DNA of 56,396 nt, counting the filler, from Bipalium vagum (lineage: Eukaryota): the NCBI GenBank assembly GCA_037834085.1. It is 3 parts of 3 records of this genome, joined end to end, with 100 filler letters (N's around TTAATTAATTAA, not from the genome) between each part and the next. Parts side by side here need not be neighbours in the genome. Positions count along the whole stretch, not along the records: positions 1 to 17,767 come from JBBMKC010052403.1; 2 more parts are not named here. One strand, given 5' to 3'. Made by a program: the position numbers and the translations under genes. Shown piece by piece: positions 1-12,380 of the stretch. Each line of letters opens with the position of its first letter. Position 1 is the stretch's first letter. Below the pieces are notes generated by a model. That model was not told the DNA's origin and did no database searches. It saw only the letters and a program-made list of their open reading frames with translations.

Positions 1-222
1 AATAACAAATTTTGAAAAAAAGGAAATGACGTCAGTGATGATTTTGGCGGGGGGGGGGGGTTACAGCGGAATGAGTGATGACGTCAAATGAGAGGAGGGG
101 GGAGAAATGAAGTCATTTGAAAAAAACCCAATGATAATTGTAGGAATGCTGGCACATTCGATGAAAACTAGTATAAATACCCCAGGGAAAATCTAAAAAT
201 TCACCGTCAAAAATTCTAAGAT

Positions 223-310
223 AGTTTATTATAACTAGAAAAGAAAATTTGAAAATTAGAGTTTATTATAACTAGAAAAGAAAATTTGAAAATTAGAGTT
301 TATTATAACT
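223..310. repeat. 37-bp tandem duplication (2.4 copies)
   Basis: AGTTTATTATAACTAGAAAAGAAAATTTGAAAATTAG at 223-259 and 260-296, with a partial third copy at 297-310. Confidence 0.9.
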
Positions 311-759
311 CATTTTACAAAGCAAAAATTGATTAATTAAAGTGTAAGTGAATTATTATATTCACTATAATAATTACACAGAACATGAATATAATTTCCC
401 GTTTCTGTTTTTATTGAATTACTTCTTATTTCTTCTTTTTGTGTTTTATTTTAGCAATTACGATCTGGTAAACTAGTTATCAGATTCGCTATTTTACTGA
501 AGGGCATCTACACATTTCCTGGTGTAGATTGAATATCTGCTTTAATTTAATATTGTCATTTTGATCTCAGAAAAAGAAAACCTTTGTAAAAAAGTTGTAG
601 AAAATTGTAATTGAAATAAAGGTTTTAAAAAGCGTTTTGTTTGCCTTATTTGTGACGGGTACACCTTAAGGAGTCAGATTAAGATAAGTTGTACACATCC
701 TCACTCTCACAAAACTTAACAAAAGGAAGGAATATTATATTTTATTAGAGATCAGGAGC

Positions 760-1400
760 CATGCTACATGATACCCAGTGAAGACAGAGAGCCAATAATG
801 TTGCAAAATAACGATGAAGTATTAGGAAGCCGTTTGTCAGGAAGAAAAACGTAATCACGAATATCACGGAAATATCTTTGGCCTAAGATGGATCAAGATA
901 TCAGGAATTGGTGTCAGTCGTATAAGATTTGTCAGACACACAGAGGAAGAGGAGCTAAAATGAAAGTACCACTAAAGCCAATTACAATACCTACAGCACT
1001 AATGGGGTCATTACTAGAAACGATATCTGAATATAATAGTTTTATGTGATTATTTTGCGAAGTGGCCAGAAGCATATACAACGAAGAATCAAGAAGCTAC
1101 AATTATAGCGAAGATTTTTGTGGAGGAAATTTTTTCAGGTATGGAGCACCGAGAAAACTTTTAACGGACCGAGGAATGAACTTCATGAACGAATTAATCA
1201 AGTAAATTTTCGAACTTTAGGCCATCTCAAAGTTTAGCACATCAACACATGGGCCTTTTCGTTTGTTTACGTATAGAAACACAGTCCATCCAACAACACC
1301 ATGTTATCTGGTGTACTTAAGGATTAACAACAAACATGAGAAAAAGCGGAATTTAATATAAAATATGGCCAGGAGAAATACAAGGAGCGATATAATAAAA
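760..1400 (+). mobile_element. Degenerate Gypsy/Ty3 LTR-retrotransposon integrase remnant
   Basis: Frameshifted translation gives the Zn-binding region KYLWPKMDQDIRNWCQSYKICQ and the rve core DYFAKWPEAY..QEATIIAKIFVEEI/RYGAPRKLLTDRGMNF, then FTYRNTVH. Confidence 0.85.
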
Positions 1401-2322
1401 CGGCAAAAAACGTGTCCATACATGTATTCGATACTACTCTGTGAGCTCCTATTAATTGGTCGTAGAGCTGACAAACGAGGAACAGCTACAGGATTATGAT
1501 TTTAAAAAAGAAATTGAAAAACAATCTTTTTATTAATTGGGAGAGGTTTATTTTTGAATCTTATCCAATATTTCCTGTCACCACTAATGACTCGAAAATA
1601 ATCTCGTGCATGGTCTAGGACCCTGATCACAACACAGTTCGGTGAGACGTATCATTTATTTCACATTGATTTGAATATTTTTCTTTTGTTGCACCAAATT
1701 TTGTCATCAATATTGTTCGAATACTTTTATTTTTATCCTCTTTGATTATTAACCAGTTATTTTACTCTTTCACAATAAGCACCGGAGTTTTTGCACAACT
1801 CAAAGTTTTGCCAATCTAAGATTGTTTTTTTTTATTTTGAAAATCGGAAATATTATTTTCAATGGAAAATCATCTTTTATTTACCGTTTTAGATTTTGAT
1901 ATTGGGTGAACAATAATTTAAATACATATTTTCCTAATCCATTTTGTATAATTATTAACAACAACTATTTTATAATTAACTGTTGCTTTCACCTTTAGTT
2001 TTATTTAATTGCTTCAGTAAAGTCACTAACAGGAAGTAAAAATGTAAAATCTCAAGCAAAGTAATAATTTCACAAAGTCTTGTTGACTATCAATATTAGC
2101 TGTGGTATATATTTTTGAAAGATGAATAAGTTTCTTAACCCTATTTCATTTATTAAATCAGATTGGATAATTCCTCCAAGTTTAAAATAATTCTTTTAAA
2201 AAGCGTATATTAAGTTTTTCATGGCTTTATTTTCGAAATAAACCCCAAATATCCTTCTACTATTTATAAAAACAAAGTCTTATTTGCTGATATAATTTTT
2301 AACTTTTATTTCACCTTATTAT

Positions 2323-3190
2323 AAAGTTGTCCGAAAAGTCTTTATACATAAAATCAACATTTAATAATTTTAGAGACATCATTCTTCAAAATACAAACGA
2401 TCATTTTCTATGATAGCCGTCTGTCTTTCTGCAACTAATTCAATTTGTTTCCGATACCATTCCTTTGGTTAGAGGTAAGGAATTCCTATCATAATGATTC
2501 TACCTCATTAAATGTATTAACTGTCAACCATAAAAGCAGTCAGGGAGCGACATAAGCCGTAATCCGGAATATACGAAGCATGCGGTAAAACTTCTATTTC
2601 CTCAGAACCCTCCAACTTTTGTTGAGCTACAGGAGAGTGGTGTGCAGACGCATTATCACGCTGATAAAATAAACAAATTCTAGTCGAAAAAGCTGGATAA
2701 CGATTGACGAAAAGGGGGTATATACAATCAATTTGCTCAGCATAAAGACAGTTGTCTACAGATCTGCAACTTGGAAAAAGTTTGATGTATAATACTTCCG
2801 CAATTCCAACACACAACATTATCTTGTGTCCGAAACGACTCTGTTGTACCTCTAGTAAAGGTACCCCTTGTAAAGCTCGTTGTTGTCAGTTATAAGGATC
2901 GCCGCCGTATTTCAATGGACTATACATATACCTTAAACTTCACAATTTGTTCAGCTAGAGCTTTTGCACTTTTCCATTTTTCAAGTAATGGCAATAGTAC
3001 ACGAATTGCTATTTTATCTTCACTCAATTAAAAGTAGGTAAATCTTTTAAAAAAACTTAAATTCCTAAAATATTAAAAAATAATGACGTTATATGAAAAT
3101 CCAGCTTTAAAAAAATAAAGAACAATTAACAAACAAAATGTAATTTTAAAATTATTAACTATTTATGCACAACGACTTTCCGGATAACCA
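2323..3190 (-). mobile_element. Internally deleted mariner element
   Basis: Imperfect TIRs: AGTTGTCCGAAAAGTCTTTATACATAAA (~2325) versus the reverse complement of 3162-3189. The minus-strand ORF has QRDNASAHH..EVLPHASYIPD..LCRSL, a decayed HDNARPH/YSPDL. Confidence 0.85.
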
Positions 3191-6100
3191 ACCTAATTAG
3201 TTCAAATTTAATTAGTAAGTTCAGATACATACTAATTATATGCTGCTTTCTGGACTAATGGAGACTAGATTTCGATTACATTTTAAACATAAGATTAAGA
3301 GCTGAAATATAAAATCATTGAGACCTAAAATAAATAAAACAGATGGATTTCAGATTCATGAGATTAATGTTAGATCAAAATACAATGCCGAACTGGTCGG
3401 TTAATAATATTAAAAGTCAAAGGAATTAGCTGAAATAATACAATTCTTTTTCAACTATTGGTAAATCGATAATAATAGCACTATAATTGCATGAAAATCA
3501 AATTCATAATAAGAATCTTAAAGACAAAGCTCTCTTAAGTTAAATAATTTATTTCTTTTCGTAATCGTTATCTTTTATCGGTAATATTCTTATTTTTCTA
3601 ATAAAATTAACTAAAAACAATTTTTAATAATAACTCTACTTTTCCTCACATTTATCTTAGTACTAATAAATCGCTCATGATCCAAGACTTATCGCACAAA
3701 AATGATGGTCGCATGAATAGTATTATCAAGTAATTATAAATTTATTTTAATACAATAAACATTATTACTAAACATCAGTAATAATGATTTTGAAAATAAT
3801 AATAATATTATTATTAATGTACATTGAACTTCAAATTCAAGCAGGTGGTTGATTAAAACATAAATAATCATAAAAAACAAATGAAATAATTAATAATTGA
3901 GCTCTGTTTTCAGTAAATAACTTCAAAAAATTAAAAGCAAAGTATGAAAATAAAAATTGTCAACTGGTACTTCAAAGGTCATGCAGATAGTTGGGGTGAT
4001 TTGCTTACCAATTATTACAGAGAATTTACATTTTCAAATATACAAGAGGCAGTGTCGAAGCAATGATCACAATAGATTTCAGTCAATAGAAACGATAGGA
4101 TTTTCAATGCAATATTCATCCACAGAACCTTCAAGTCGATCGTTCAAAACTTTCTCCAAGATCAATATCTGAACAGTAATAAATGTCATAAACTATCGTT
4201 CAACAATTAAATGACAATTTTTGTTCTAGGGTTGGCTGAAAATCAGCTTAATTTTTTACAATCTTAAAACAATTTATTATTAAAGATGATTGAAAATGAA
4301 ATCTGCCGAAAATTTAACAATTCTTATAAAAACACGTGACATAAATAAATATTTATAGTGAAAAGAATGGATTGACAATTTTTAAGATAATAGATTTTCT
4401 ACATTTTGAATATTAATTCATTGGAAACTTTTTAGGTAATAATAATGAGTACATTTTTAAAATTTCTTTACACAAATTATTGAAAAATTCCATATTAAAG
4501 AAAAATAATTTGTGAAATTTTAAGTTCATTATCTATTTTGTCATTCTTTGTAACCTCTACATCTTAAGTAATTATTTTTTAAAATAAACTTTTATTTAAA
4601 AATCCAAAATATATTTCAAACAAGTATCTCTACAAATCTGAAATGCAAAAAATTATTTGAATAAAAAATCAATAATTTTCACATTATTTTTACATTTTAG
4701 AATTTATGAGAAAATAAAATAAAATTTGAAGTACTTTTCATACGTAAAAAAGTTTACAATCATAAGGCCCGGTGTTATCAGTAAGAAAAAAATCAATCAA
4801 TATTCAATAATGAAAATTTTTCTTTGGTAGAATTTAAAATTATCATTTACTATAATTTTCAAAAATTGTTATAAATAAATAATTTTGTGTGCTATCAGAA
4901 AACATAGTAAACACTACATTACACATATAATGATTAGAAACATGAAATTAATAATCACAGACTTTTGTTTATATGATTAAGTTTGTAGGTAAATAAAAAT
5001 TATCAATATCTCTTAAGAATGACACGATTTCTTTTTTTTAAAAATATATTGGTTGATTTTTTTCGTGTACATTTAAAATGAAAATAGCGAAATTATTCCG
5101 AAAAATTGAATCACAATAGACAAAAATGATTGATTGGAAGTGTAATGCTATGGGATTTTTAAAATATTTATTTATCAACTTAAGTGTAATGGTATCATAA
5201 ATAATGATGGAACTATTTTTAATTTGAGAAAATCTGGTATATAAAATAGTTTACAAAAACAATTAATTGAACATTGTTAGAATTAAGAGTTGAGAAGTTA
5301 TAATTACAAAAGCGATCAAATTGTTATTTGAAAATTAAACTATTTTTTACAATTTAATTAAAAATTATTTTTCAAATAAATGTTAATTTAAAATAAAGAA
5401 TGTGCACATTGATAATTAGTTAAGATATGTAAATGATCGATCAAGAATTACTGAAATATAAAGATAATTTATATTGACAAACACCTTATAGTATAATGAC
5501 GTAGATGTGTGCATAAGCATAAGGACTTCATAAAATGTGAACAGATAATTAATGAATATTAATGTAAGTTAAAATTGAAAATGTCAAGAAGAAAACCAAA
5601 AATCTTGCAATTATTTCAGGTACAATAAAAACATGGGACCAATGAAAAGCTCAAAAAAGAAAAAATCAATTTACCTCATCTATTGAAAGAGAATTAGATT
5701 TAAAATTCTTTTACAATAATAAAGAGTTAAATATATTTATTTGTTAATAGAATAAAGATTTTTAAAAATATCAATAGATGCAGGACTAAATAATAATATG
5801 ACCTTTATTTTTAAATACATGTGAAACACTTAATGATTATTTCTGTAAATATTTAGTGCATATAAATGTATATCTTAGAGAATGAAATATAAATAAACCA
5901 TTTAAATTGCAAAGCAGAACAACGAAATCAATAAATTTATTAATATATAAAAAAATAATTAATTAAACCGTGTTAAAATTTTTATAGGCATAAACAAAAC
6001 AACATATGTGAAAATGGGTTGTATAATTTCAAATTCATTTGTGTGAAAAGACGAAATAATCTGACACAACTCTGATTTATACAAACATACCTTTAATTTT

Positions 6101-6299
6101 AGGTTAAAAATCTTTTGTATTATTAAGTTATCGTTATCCATTTACATTAAAAACTTGATAAATTAAGTAATAGAAAGGTTATGTATGCTGCTGAGAAAGT
6201 TTGTGCAATCGACTACGTACATAAACCAAAAGTACATAATTTTTGTTTATCAAATTAATCTTTTATAAAAGTCAACATTCTTTTACTATTCTTTTTTTG

Positions 6300-6800
6300 A
6301 TTAAACAAACTTTTCAAAGCATTTTGTCCATTCTGATATTAGCACCTCTAATCTGTTAATATTTTTATTCACCACGTAGTTTCTTTTTCATGGTTGGGAA
6401 TGAAAATTCACAAGGTGGTAAGCCAAAAGAATACAGACTATGTGAGGATCTCAAGAACCTTCGGATGATCGCGAAAAATGGTTACGATTACTTTCATACT
6501 GATAACAACGTAAGATTCAATTTTAATGTTTGTGATATATTGATCTCTTCAATCATTTCAAACACATAATCAATTCTTTTTGGATGAAAGCGAAAACCAT
6601 CACGAAATTATCCTTTCTGAGTTGTGCGCAGATGTTGGAATTCTGAGAACCACTTGTAAACGCAGCTCTTTGATGATGATATATTCCGAAAGGTTAAATG
6701 GAAATCGATCTAGATATTGCTTTTGTGTAAAATATTATATCCAAATATCCTGAGATTGTCTGAATTTGTTTAGATTTTGTAAATGTTTTGATAAAATAGT
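6300..6800 (-). mobile_element. Highly degenerate mariner transposase remnant
   Basis: Minus strand gives the HTH-like SSSKSCVYKWFSEFQ (~6640-6690) and PHSLYSFGLPPCEF/FPTMKK (~6385-6450), a decayed PHPPYSPDLAPCDF. Confidence 0.6.
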
Positions 6801-6874
6801 TAAAACAAAGAATGAATCAGAAAAGAATCACTTTAGTGAGAATTATACTGGCACGTTTAATAAGGGTTTATTAG

Positions 6875-7507
6875 TGTGATACTATCAATACGATCCGAAA
6901 AGTAAAACCCAGTCTAAGCAATGGTTACCAAAAAGAATAAAGTGGACCAATCAAATTCAAAGCTGAACGGTCAATGAAGAAGGTTGTGGCCACTATTTTT
7001 TGGGATTCTGAGGGTGTAATCCTGGTAGACTTTCTCGAGAATCAGCGGATAGTTACTGGTAGGTACTACGAAGAGGTTTTGCGAAAACCTCATGCTGCAC
7101 TTGTAAAGCAACACCCAGGGAAACTTCATCGTCGAATTTTGTTTCATCATGACAATGCGCCACATTCATGTAAGTTATCCAGGGCTGTTTTTCGAGAATA
7201 TAGTTGGGAAATACTCTCGCATCCACCATACAGTCCTGACTTGGCTCCCTCAGATTTTTTTTGTTCCCCGAATTGAAAAAAAATATCAAGGGCATTCGTT
7301 GGGAAACAATATTGGAAGTCAAAAGAGCTGTTTTGGATTGGTTCAAAACAAAGGATAAAATTTTTTATAGAAATGGTTTAGAACGCTGGCGACACCGTAT
7401 GGAAAAGTGTTATGAGTTAGATGGTTCATATGTAGAAAAATAAATTTGTATTATGTACTTTGTTTTGATTTGTATGATTTTTCCGGGAACTCTTTGACTC
7501 ACCCTCG
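6875..7507 (+). mobile_element. 5'-truncated mariner (transposase C-terminal half plus 3' TIR)
   Basis: YQYDPKSKTQSKQW..MKKVVATIFWDSEGVILVDFL..HHDNAPH..HPPYSPDLAPSDFF, frameshift, then FPELKK..EKCYELDGSYVEK*. 3' TIR TTCCGGGAACTCTTTGACTCACCCTCG followed by TA. Confidence 0.95.
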
Positions 7508-7594
7508 TACATCTTCATTATTAATTATACAATTTCAAATATTTTGGATATAATATTTTCTATTATTAAAAAACATAAATGAAACGATAATATA

Positions 7595-8113
7595 CAGGGA
7601 GATTCATAAGTGACGCAAATTTTGAATGCTTAATTTTATGAAGTTAAATTTAAATTATATTTTTATAAATTAATTTTGGAATATTTTATGTTCAATATCA
7701 AGGATTTTTTTATTTTAGTCAAGATCATGATTTCCTTTGAAGATTGATTTTTTTTCATAAAATGTTATTATTCAAGTGGAGGAAGTTCAACAACAGCGTT
7801 GGGCAAATTTAAGAAGGAACGTGGTTTAATAAAGGAACCATTCACAACTCAGATCATAAAAAATGGTTGATATATTCGAAAGAATTGGCAGTGTCAATGA
7901 TATGCGTAAATCAGGACAATGATCTATGGAAAATTGTCGATGTGTAATCGTTTAAGAATAATTGAATCTCAGAAAATAGAGGACACTGAACATTTATTAT
8001 GACTACAATATTCCTTTTTTGAATTTTATATTTTAATAAATATTACTTTAGTATCCCTACTTTTTTGTATATTATACTGAGCTTTAATTGTTCGTCACTT
8101 ATGAACCACTCTA
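7595..8113 (+). mobile_element. Non-autonomous Tc1/mariner-superfamily element with DUF4817-like HTH remnant
   Basis: TA-flanked TIRs CAGGGAGATTCATAAGTGACG / CGTCACTTATGAACCACTCTA. Internal MVDIFERIGSVNDMRKSG resembles the KFxxTGSVxDxxRSGRP motif. Confidence 0.8.
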
Positions 8114-8386
8114 TATATTCGTTCCTTCACTTAATATTTTATTTACAATTTATTAAACTTTGAAATCAATTATCAGAAGACTAAGGCGGAGGTTTTAATT
8201 ATGGCATAAATTAAATAATAAAAAATATAATAATTTAAAAGTTTAAAAAATTAATTGACCTTTAAATTTTTCTATTAAATAATGCAGGATTTTCATTACA
8301 GTGAAATAAATTATCACTTGTCTTGTAAGTAGAACAATCACCATTAATTATTATTGATTGAATGTTAATTGGCAATTTTTTTTTAG

Positions 8387-9878
8387 ATGTTAAACATAAT
8401 GCCGTCCTCAGTTCACCCACAATTTAATCGGTCTCAGTCTATGAGTGCAGCTTGCCATCATTCATGTACTGATAGATATTCAAGATTACAAGGTTGGTAC
8501 TTAAAAATGTATTCGTCTTTTATATATTTAAGATAAATCGAATGGAATATTAAATTCAAATTTAAATACTTTCTTTTTTACTGTAGAGTTTTGTGTTTCA
8601 CTTTTTTTAAATATGGATTATTTTTAATTTTATTACAGTATTCTACAGATTATCCGAACGGAAAATTAACTATATATACTTATAATTGAAAAAAGACACT
8701 TTCTGTTCAATTTTTTAATGATTCCGGTTTTCCTCATTAAACTTAGCGACTTATTTTATCAGTTCATTGAATAATTTGTTTTAATTTGAAAAAAAAGTTA
8801 TCCAACATTATTAATTAATACTTAAGCTTACCAAAAATATTTTAAAACATCAATTTTAAAGATGTTACTAAAATTCATATTAGTTAAATGAAATTTTCTT
8901 CAATTATCCGAATAAAGTTTGGATAAAACTGGATTCGGATAATTGGTAGAATACTGTATTTGAATAATAAAATATGAATTAAGTTGAAAAATCAATGAAT
9001 TCTTGGAGAATTTATTTTATAAAATATATATATTGAAAGTTATTAAACTGTTTGTAATTAGTGGTGCTCGGAGAATTCTTAAGGATTGATTTTATTGTTT
9101 ATTTATCATTGTTATTATTTTTCTCTTTTTTTATTTGAATGGAAATGACTAATCAATAATGTTACCAAACTATTGCTTTATAGCATCTTGATCTTTTGTA
9201 TTTCTGTAGATTTTTCTGCTATTCCACAGTTTCGAAATTGTGAGGAATTCAGTGACCTAACATCCAGTGAATCAACCGTCAGCAGCGGAACTGTTAATGT
9301 TTCTCGTCTTATGTCAACAAATTACCTGACCGAAGTGACAAATCTAAGCTCTACCGTGTCTGGTGGAGGAGAGTATTTGGTCGCGGCTAATGTCCCATCA
9401 GCTCACAATTATGTTAATCAGCACGACAATCCAGAAAATTTTGACACCACCAATCAATCAGGCTCCAATTATATAAATGATTCGGTAAATTTGGATTTTA
9501 AATAGATTGATAATTAATATTTTTCTCTAAATCTTTGAAATTAAATTCTGTGCAAATTGAAAATGGTTCTCATCCATTTTCCGAGTGCTTTAATAATTCC
9601 CTCAAATTCTTTTGTAATATTTTTGTTTATTTGACCCTTTGAAAGTAAAGATTGTAATCGATTGATCAATAGTTTACACTTATGTTTTTTGCTAAAATTA
9701 AAGAACAATTTTATTTTAAAACCTTATAATTCAATTTTTGTACTGTTAGATTTCTGTTCTCTGTCTTCCTCCATCAGTCTACATGGGTCTGAAATCATCT
9801 ACGGTTGATCCACATCACTTTCTGTCTTGGGACCAAATTTGTTTTTTAATGTTCGAAATCAATAGTTCTGTAGGATGA
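8387..9878 (+). CDS. Putative spliced orphan gene, Ser/Asn/Thr-rich protein of ~169 aa (upstream exons possible)
   Basis: Exons 8387-8492, 9210-9484 and 9750-9878. Each has a polypyrimidine-AG acceptor, GT donors are at 8493 and 9485, and phases (1, 0) keep one open frame: MLNIMPSSVHPQF..RLQ/DFSAIPQF..YINDS/ISVLCLPP..NSSVG*. No recognisable domain. Confidence 0.6.
8636..8956. mobile_element. pogo/Tigger-like MITE (321 bp) in an intron
   Basis: TA TSD; TIR CAGTATTCTAC(A/C)(G/A)ATTATCCGAA at both ends; subterminal TATCCGAA/TTCGGATA repeats. Confidence 0.9.
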
Positions 9879-11329
9879 GGATTTTTGTTGATAGATTAAA
9901 ATGATCTTATCAATTAAGGTCCCATTCCCTGCTCCATAAAATGTTTAGAAAGACGTTCGTTCTCTTCGCCTGTGTTTTTTTCATGGTTTTAAACATTCCT
10001 CACCGCGTTAAAAATTTTTATGATATTTAGTAAAGAAAACATTTTCGCACGAAAACAGGACTAATTTATTGTCCAAACGTACTTAGACCGGTTTGATAAA
10101 ATTTTGAATTATTAAAATAATTTGAAGTTTTCCTTGGAGATTTTTGTTCAATAGTGACCTCGTGTGTGTTCCTGGATAAATTTTCTCTTTTATGAACCAA
10201 AATTGATAAAAAAAATCTTGAGTTTCAAAAAATTTTTTAAAATCAATTTGGTTCATGTGAAACAGGATTGTTTTGTAAATATTAAACAAATGTGTTATTT
10301 TATTTATTTATCTCGAGGGTGGTTAGATCTGTGATATGGTCGGGAAAAATCGGAAATCGTAAAGAGGACTTGGTCGTTCAAAATGGTTTCTATTTAGTTG
10401 TAGTATTTTCTGTGATACTTTCTCATTAAAATTTATTTTTGGATAATATTTCGAGGCCTTTTTAATATATTGAATAAATTGTTTTGTATCAGGAATTTTA
10501 AAATATTTCCTTTCAGTCTTTTTTTGAAATATGTAAATTTTAAGATCAGTGAAATAATTTTTGAAAATTAAAGTAAAAAAAACACTTCTTAAATTTTAAG
10601 GTTATATTGAAAAATCAATATAAAAAAATTAATTATCAGAAAAAAAGACCAATAATATTTTTATTATTTAGGGTCACATAATAAAAAGTGTCGATAAATA
10701 AATTAATTTTCTTTTTTTCGATCATCGAACTTTATATAATCCGGAAATCAAGTGGATTTTTGAATTGTATAATTTTACCAATCGGTTTTTATTTTAATAT
10801 TATTTTTATTTGAAAATTATTTCTGGTAGTTACTGCAGCGTTATCAACTGTTTCAGAATTCAAAAACTCAAGATTTGGTAACATTTTATTCGAAGAAAAT
10901 AATTGTATGGTTTTAATAAGTGTCATCTTTTAATTCTTTATTTAAACAAATTAATTACTTTAAACTTTTATTAAAATTAATTTAACTATTTAATTTTTGA
11001 AAAAACCTTTAAATTTATTAAAATTATTAAAAATGTATTTTACATTAAGGATTAATTTTTAATATATTACTTTAAAATTTTTTTTAATATTAATTAAAAT
11101 TTCATCCTTTCAATTTCAAATGGCAGAAATGGATTTTCATAAAATTAACATAAAGATTATTTATCTGATGATTTTTATAAAAATATGTTTAACCCAAATG
11201 AATCTTACTGTTAATTTAAGATTATTATTTGCTTGTTTCTAGAGATTTTTATCTTCTCAATTCATTTAATCAGTTTAAAAAAAATATTGATAAGTTTAAA
11301 AGGATATCGATTCCATAAAATTTCAATAC

Positions 11330-12380
11330 GGCGATCTGTCGAGTAATTTCTAGTAATTTATATAGCTCTTATTTATGCAATGATCAGAGATTATAAAAGA
11401 CCAGTAAAGTTGGCGGATGGATTTGAAACTCGATTACGTCTAGCGTTTTTAAAAGAAAAGGATGTGGTGACAGACTGATGAAAATTATTACAATACAGAC
11501 GCAGTTCAGAGAGTATTCAGATTTTTTATCAGAAGGTCAAAAAGTGATGGAACACCAGCTGAAAGAAGATTATTTAGTTGCCATAGTGCTTTTACATTGC
11601 ATAAACAATGAAATCATCAGCAGAGGCACAGAATGAAGATAACAAAAAAAAGATACAGTTCCAGAACTAGTTAAATTATCAAAGTAGTTTAAATATACAA
11701 TTGTAATATCGAAAAAGACAACTACAAGGTAACACAGATATGTTATCAAGGAGAATGTCGATAATGCTAGACAAAACATGAAGATGCAGAGTTGGAAAGA
11801 TGCGAACGAAAAGATCAAATGTTATAACAGTAGACGATGATTCTGTGAGCGATTGGATAAGTGAGGAGAGGAAATAATCCTAGAGACGCATAATCCGTTA
11901 ACACACGTGGCAGCAGATAAAATATACCGATACCTAGAAGAAAGATGCAGAATGAAATATATGAGAACTCAGATTAAACAGATAGTTCATTCAGGCAGAG
12001 AATGTCAGAAGCATAAAGTTCTGACTTCGAAGACGAAAGATAAGGTAAGAGGTTTTAGACATTGAGATATTCTCGACATATGTGGCCCTTTGAGAGAAAC
12101 GGTGGGTCATAAGAGGTATGCTTTTGGATTAATCGATAAACAAAGCAAGAATGTAGTACTAGTTGTGATTTGGAAACAAAACGAAAACAATTCAAAATAT
12201 TTAAATGGAGTTTTTTTAAACGAATGGATTTTAAAATTTGAATGCTCAAAATGACCACATGTGGAATACCGGAGAGTTTTCAAATCAAAGGGCATGAGAG
12301 GATTCGCAGAATAATTAAATATGAAGATATATTTTTCAAGTCGTTACCACCACAACACAAAAGGTCAGAGAGACAGTTTA
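11330..12380 (+). mobile_element. Degenerate Gypsy/Ty3 pol remnant (RNase H end plus integrase)
   Basis: GNTDMLSRR; HHCC-like ETHNPLTHVAADK..VHSGRECQKHK; rve core DICGPLRETVGHKRYAFGLID..NEWILKF..FSSRYHHNTKGQ. Confidence 0.8.

Noticed and set aside
3957-4172. 71-aa plus-strand ORF, and a possible minus-strand terminal exon (acceptor near 4170, ILILEKVLNDRLEG..*)
   Set aside because: No domain and no partner exons found; too little support to call.
5581-5625. Possible first exon MSRRKPKILQLFQ|gt for the orphan gene
   Set aside because: Phase-compatible with 8387 but short and easily explained by chance.
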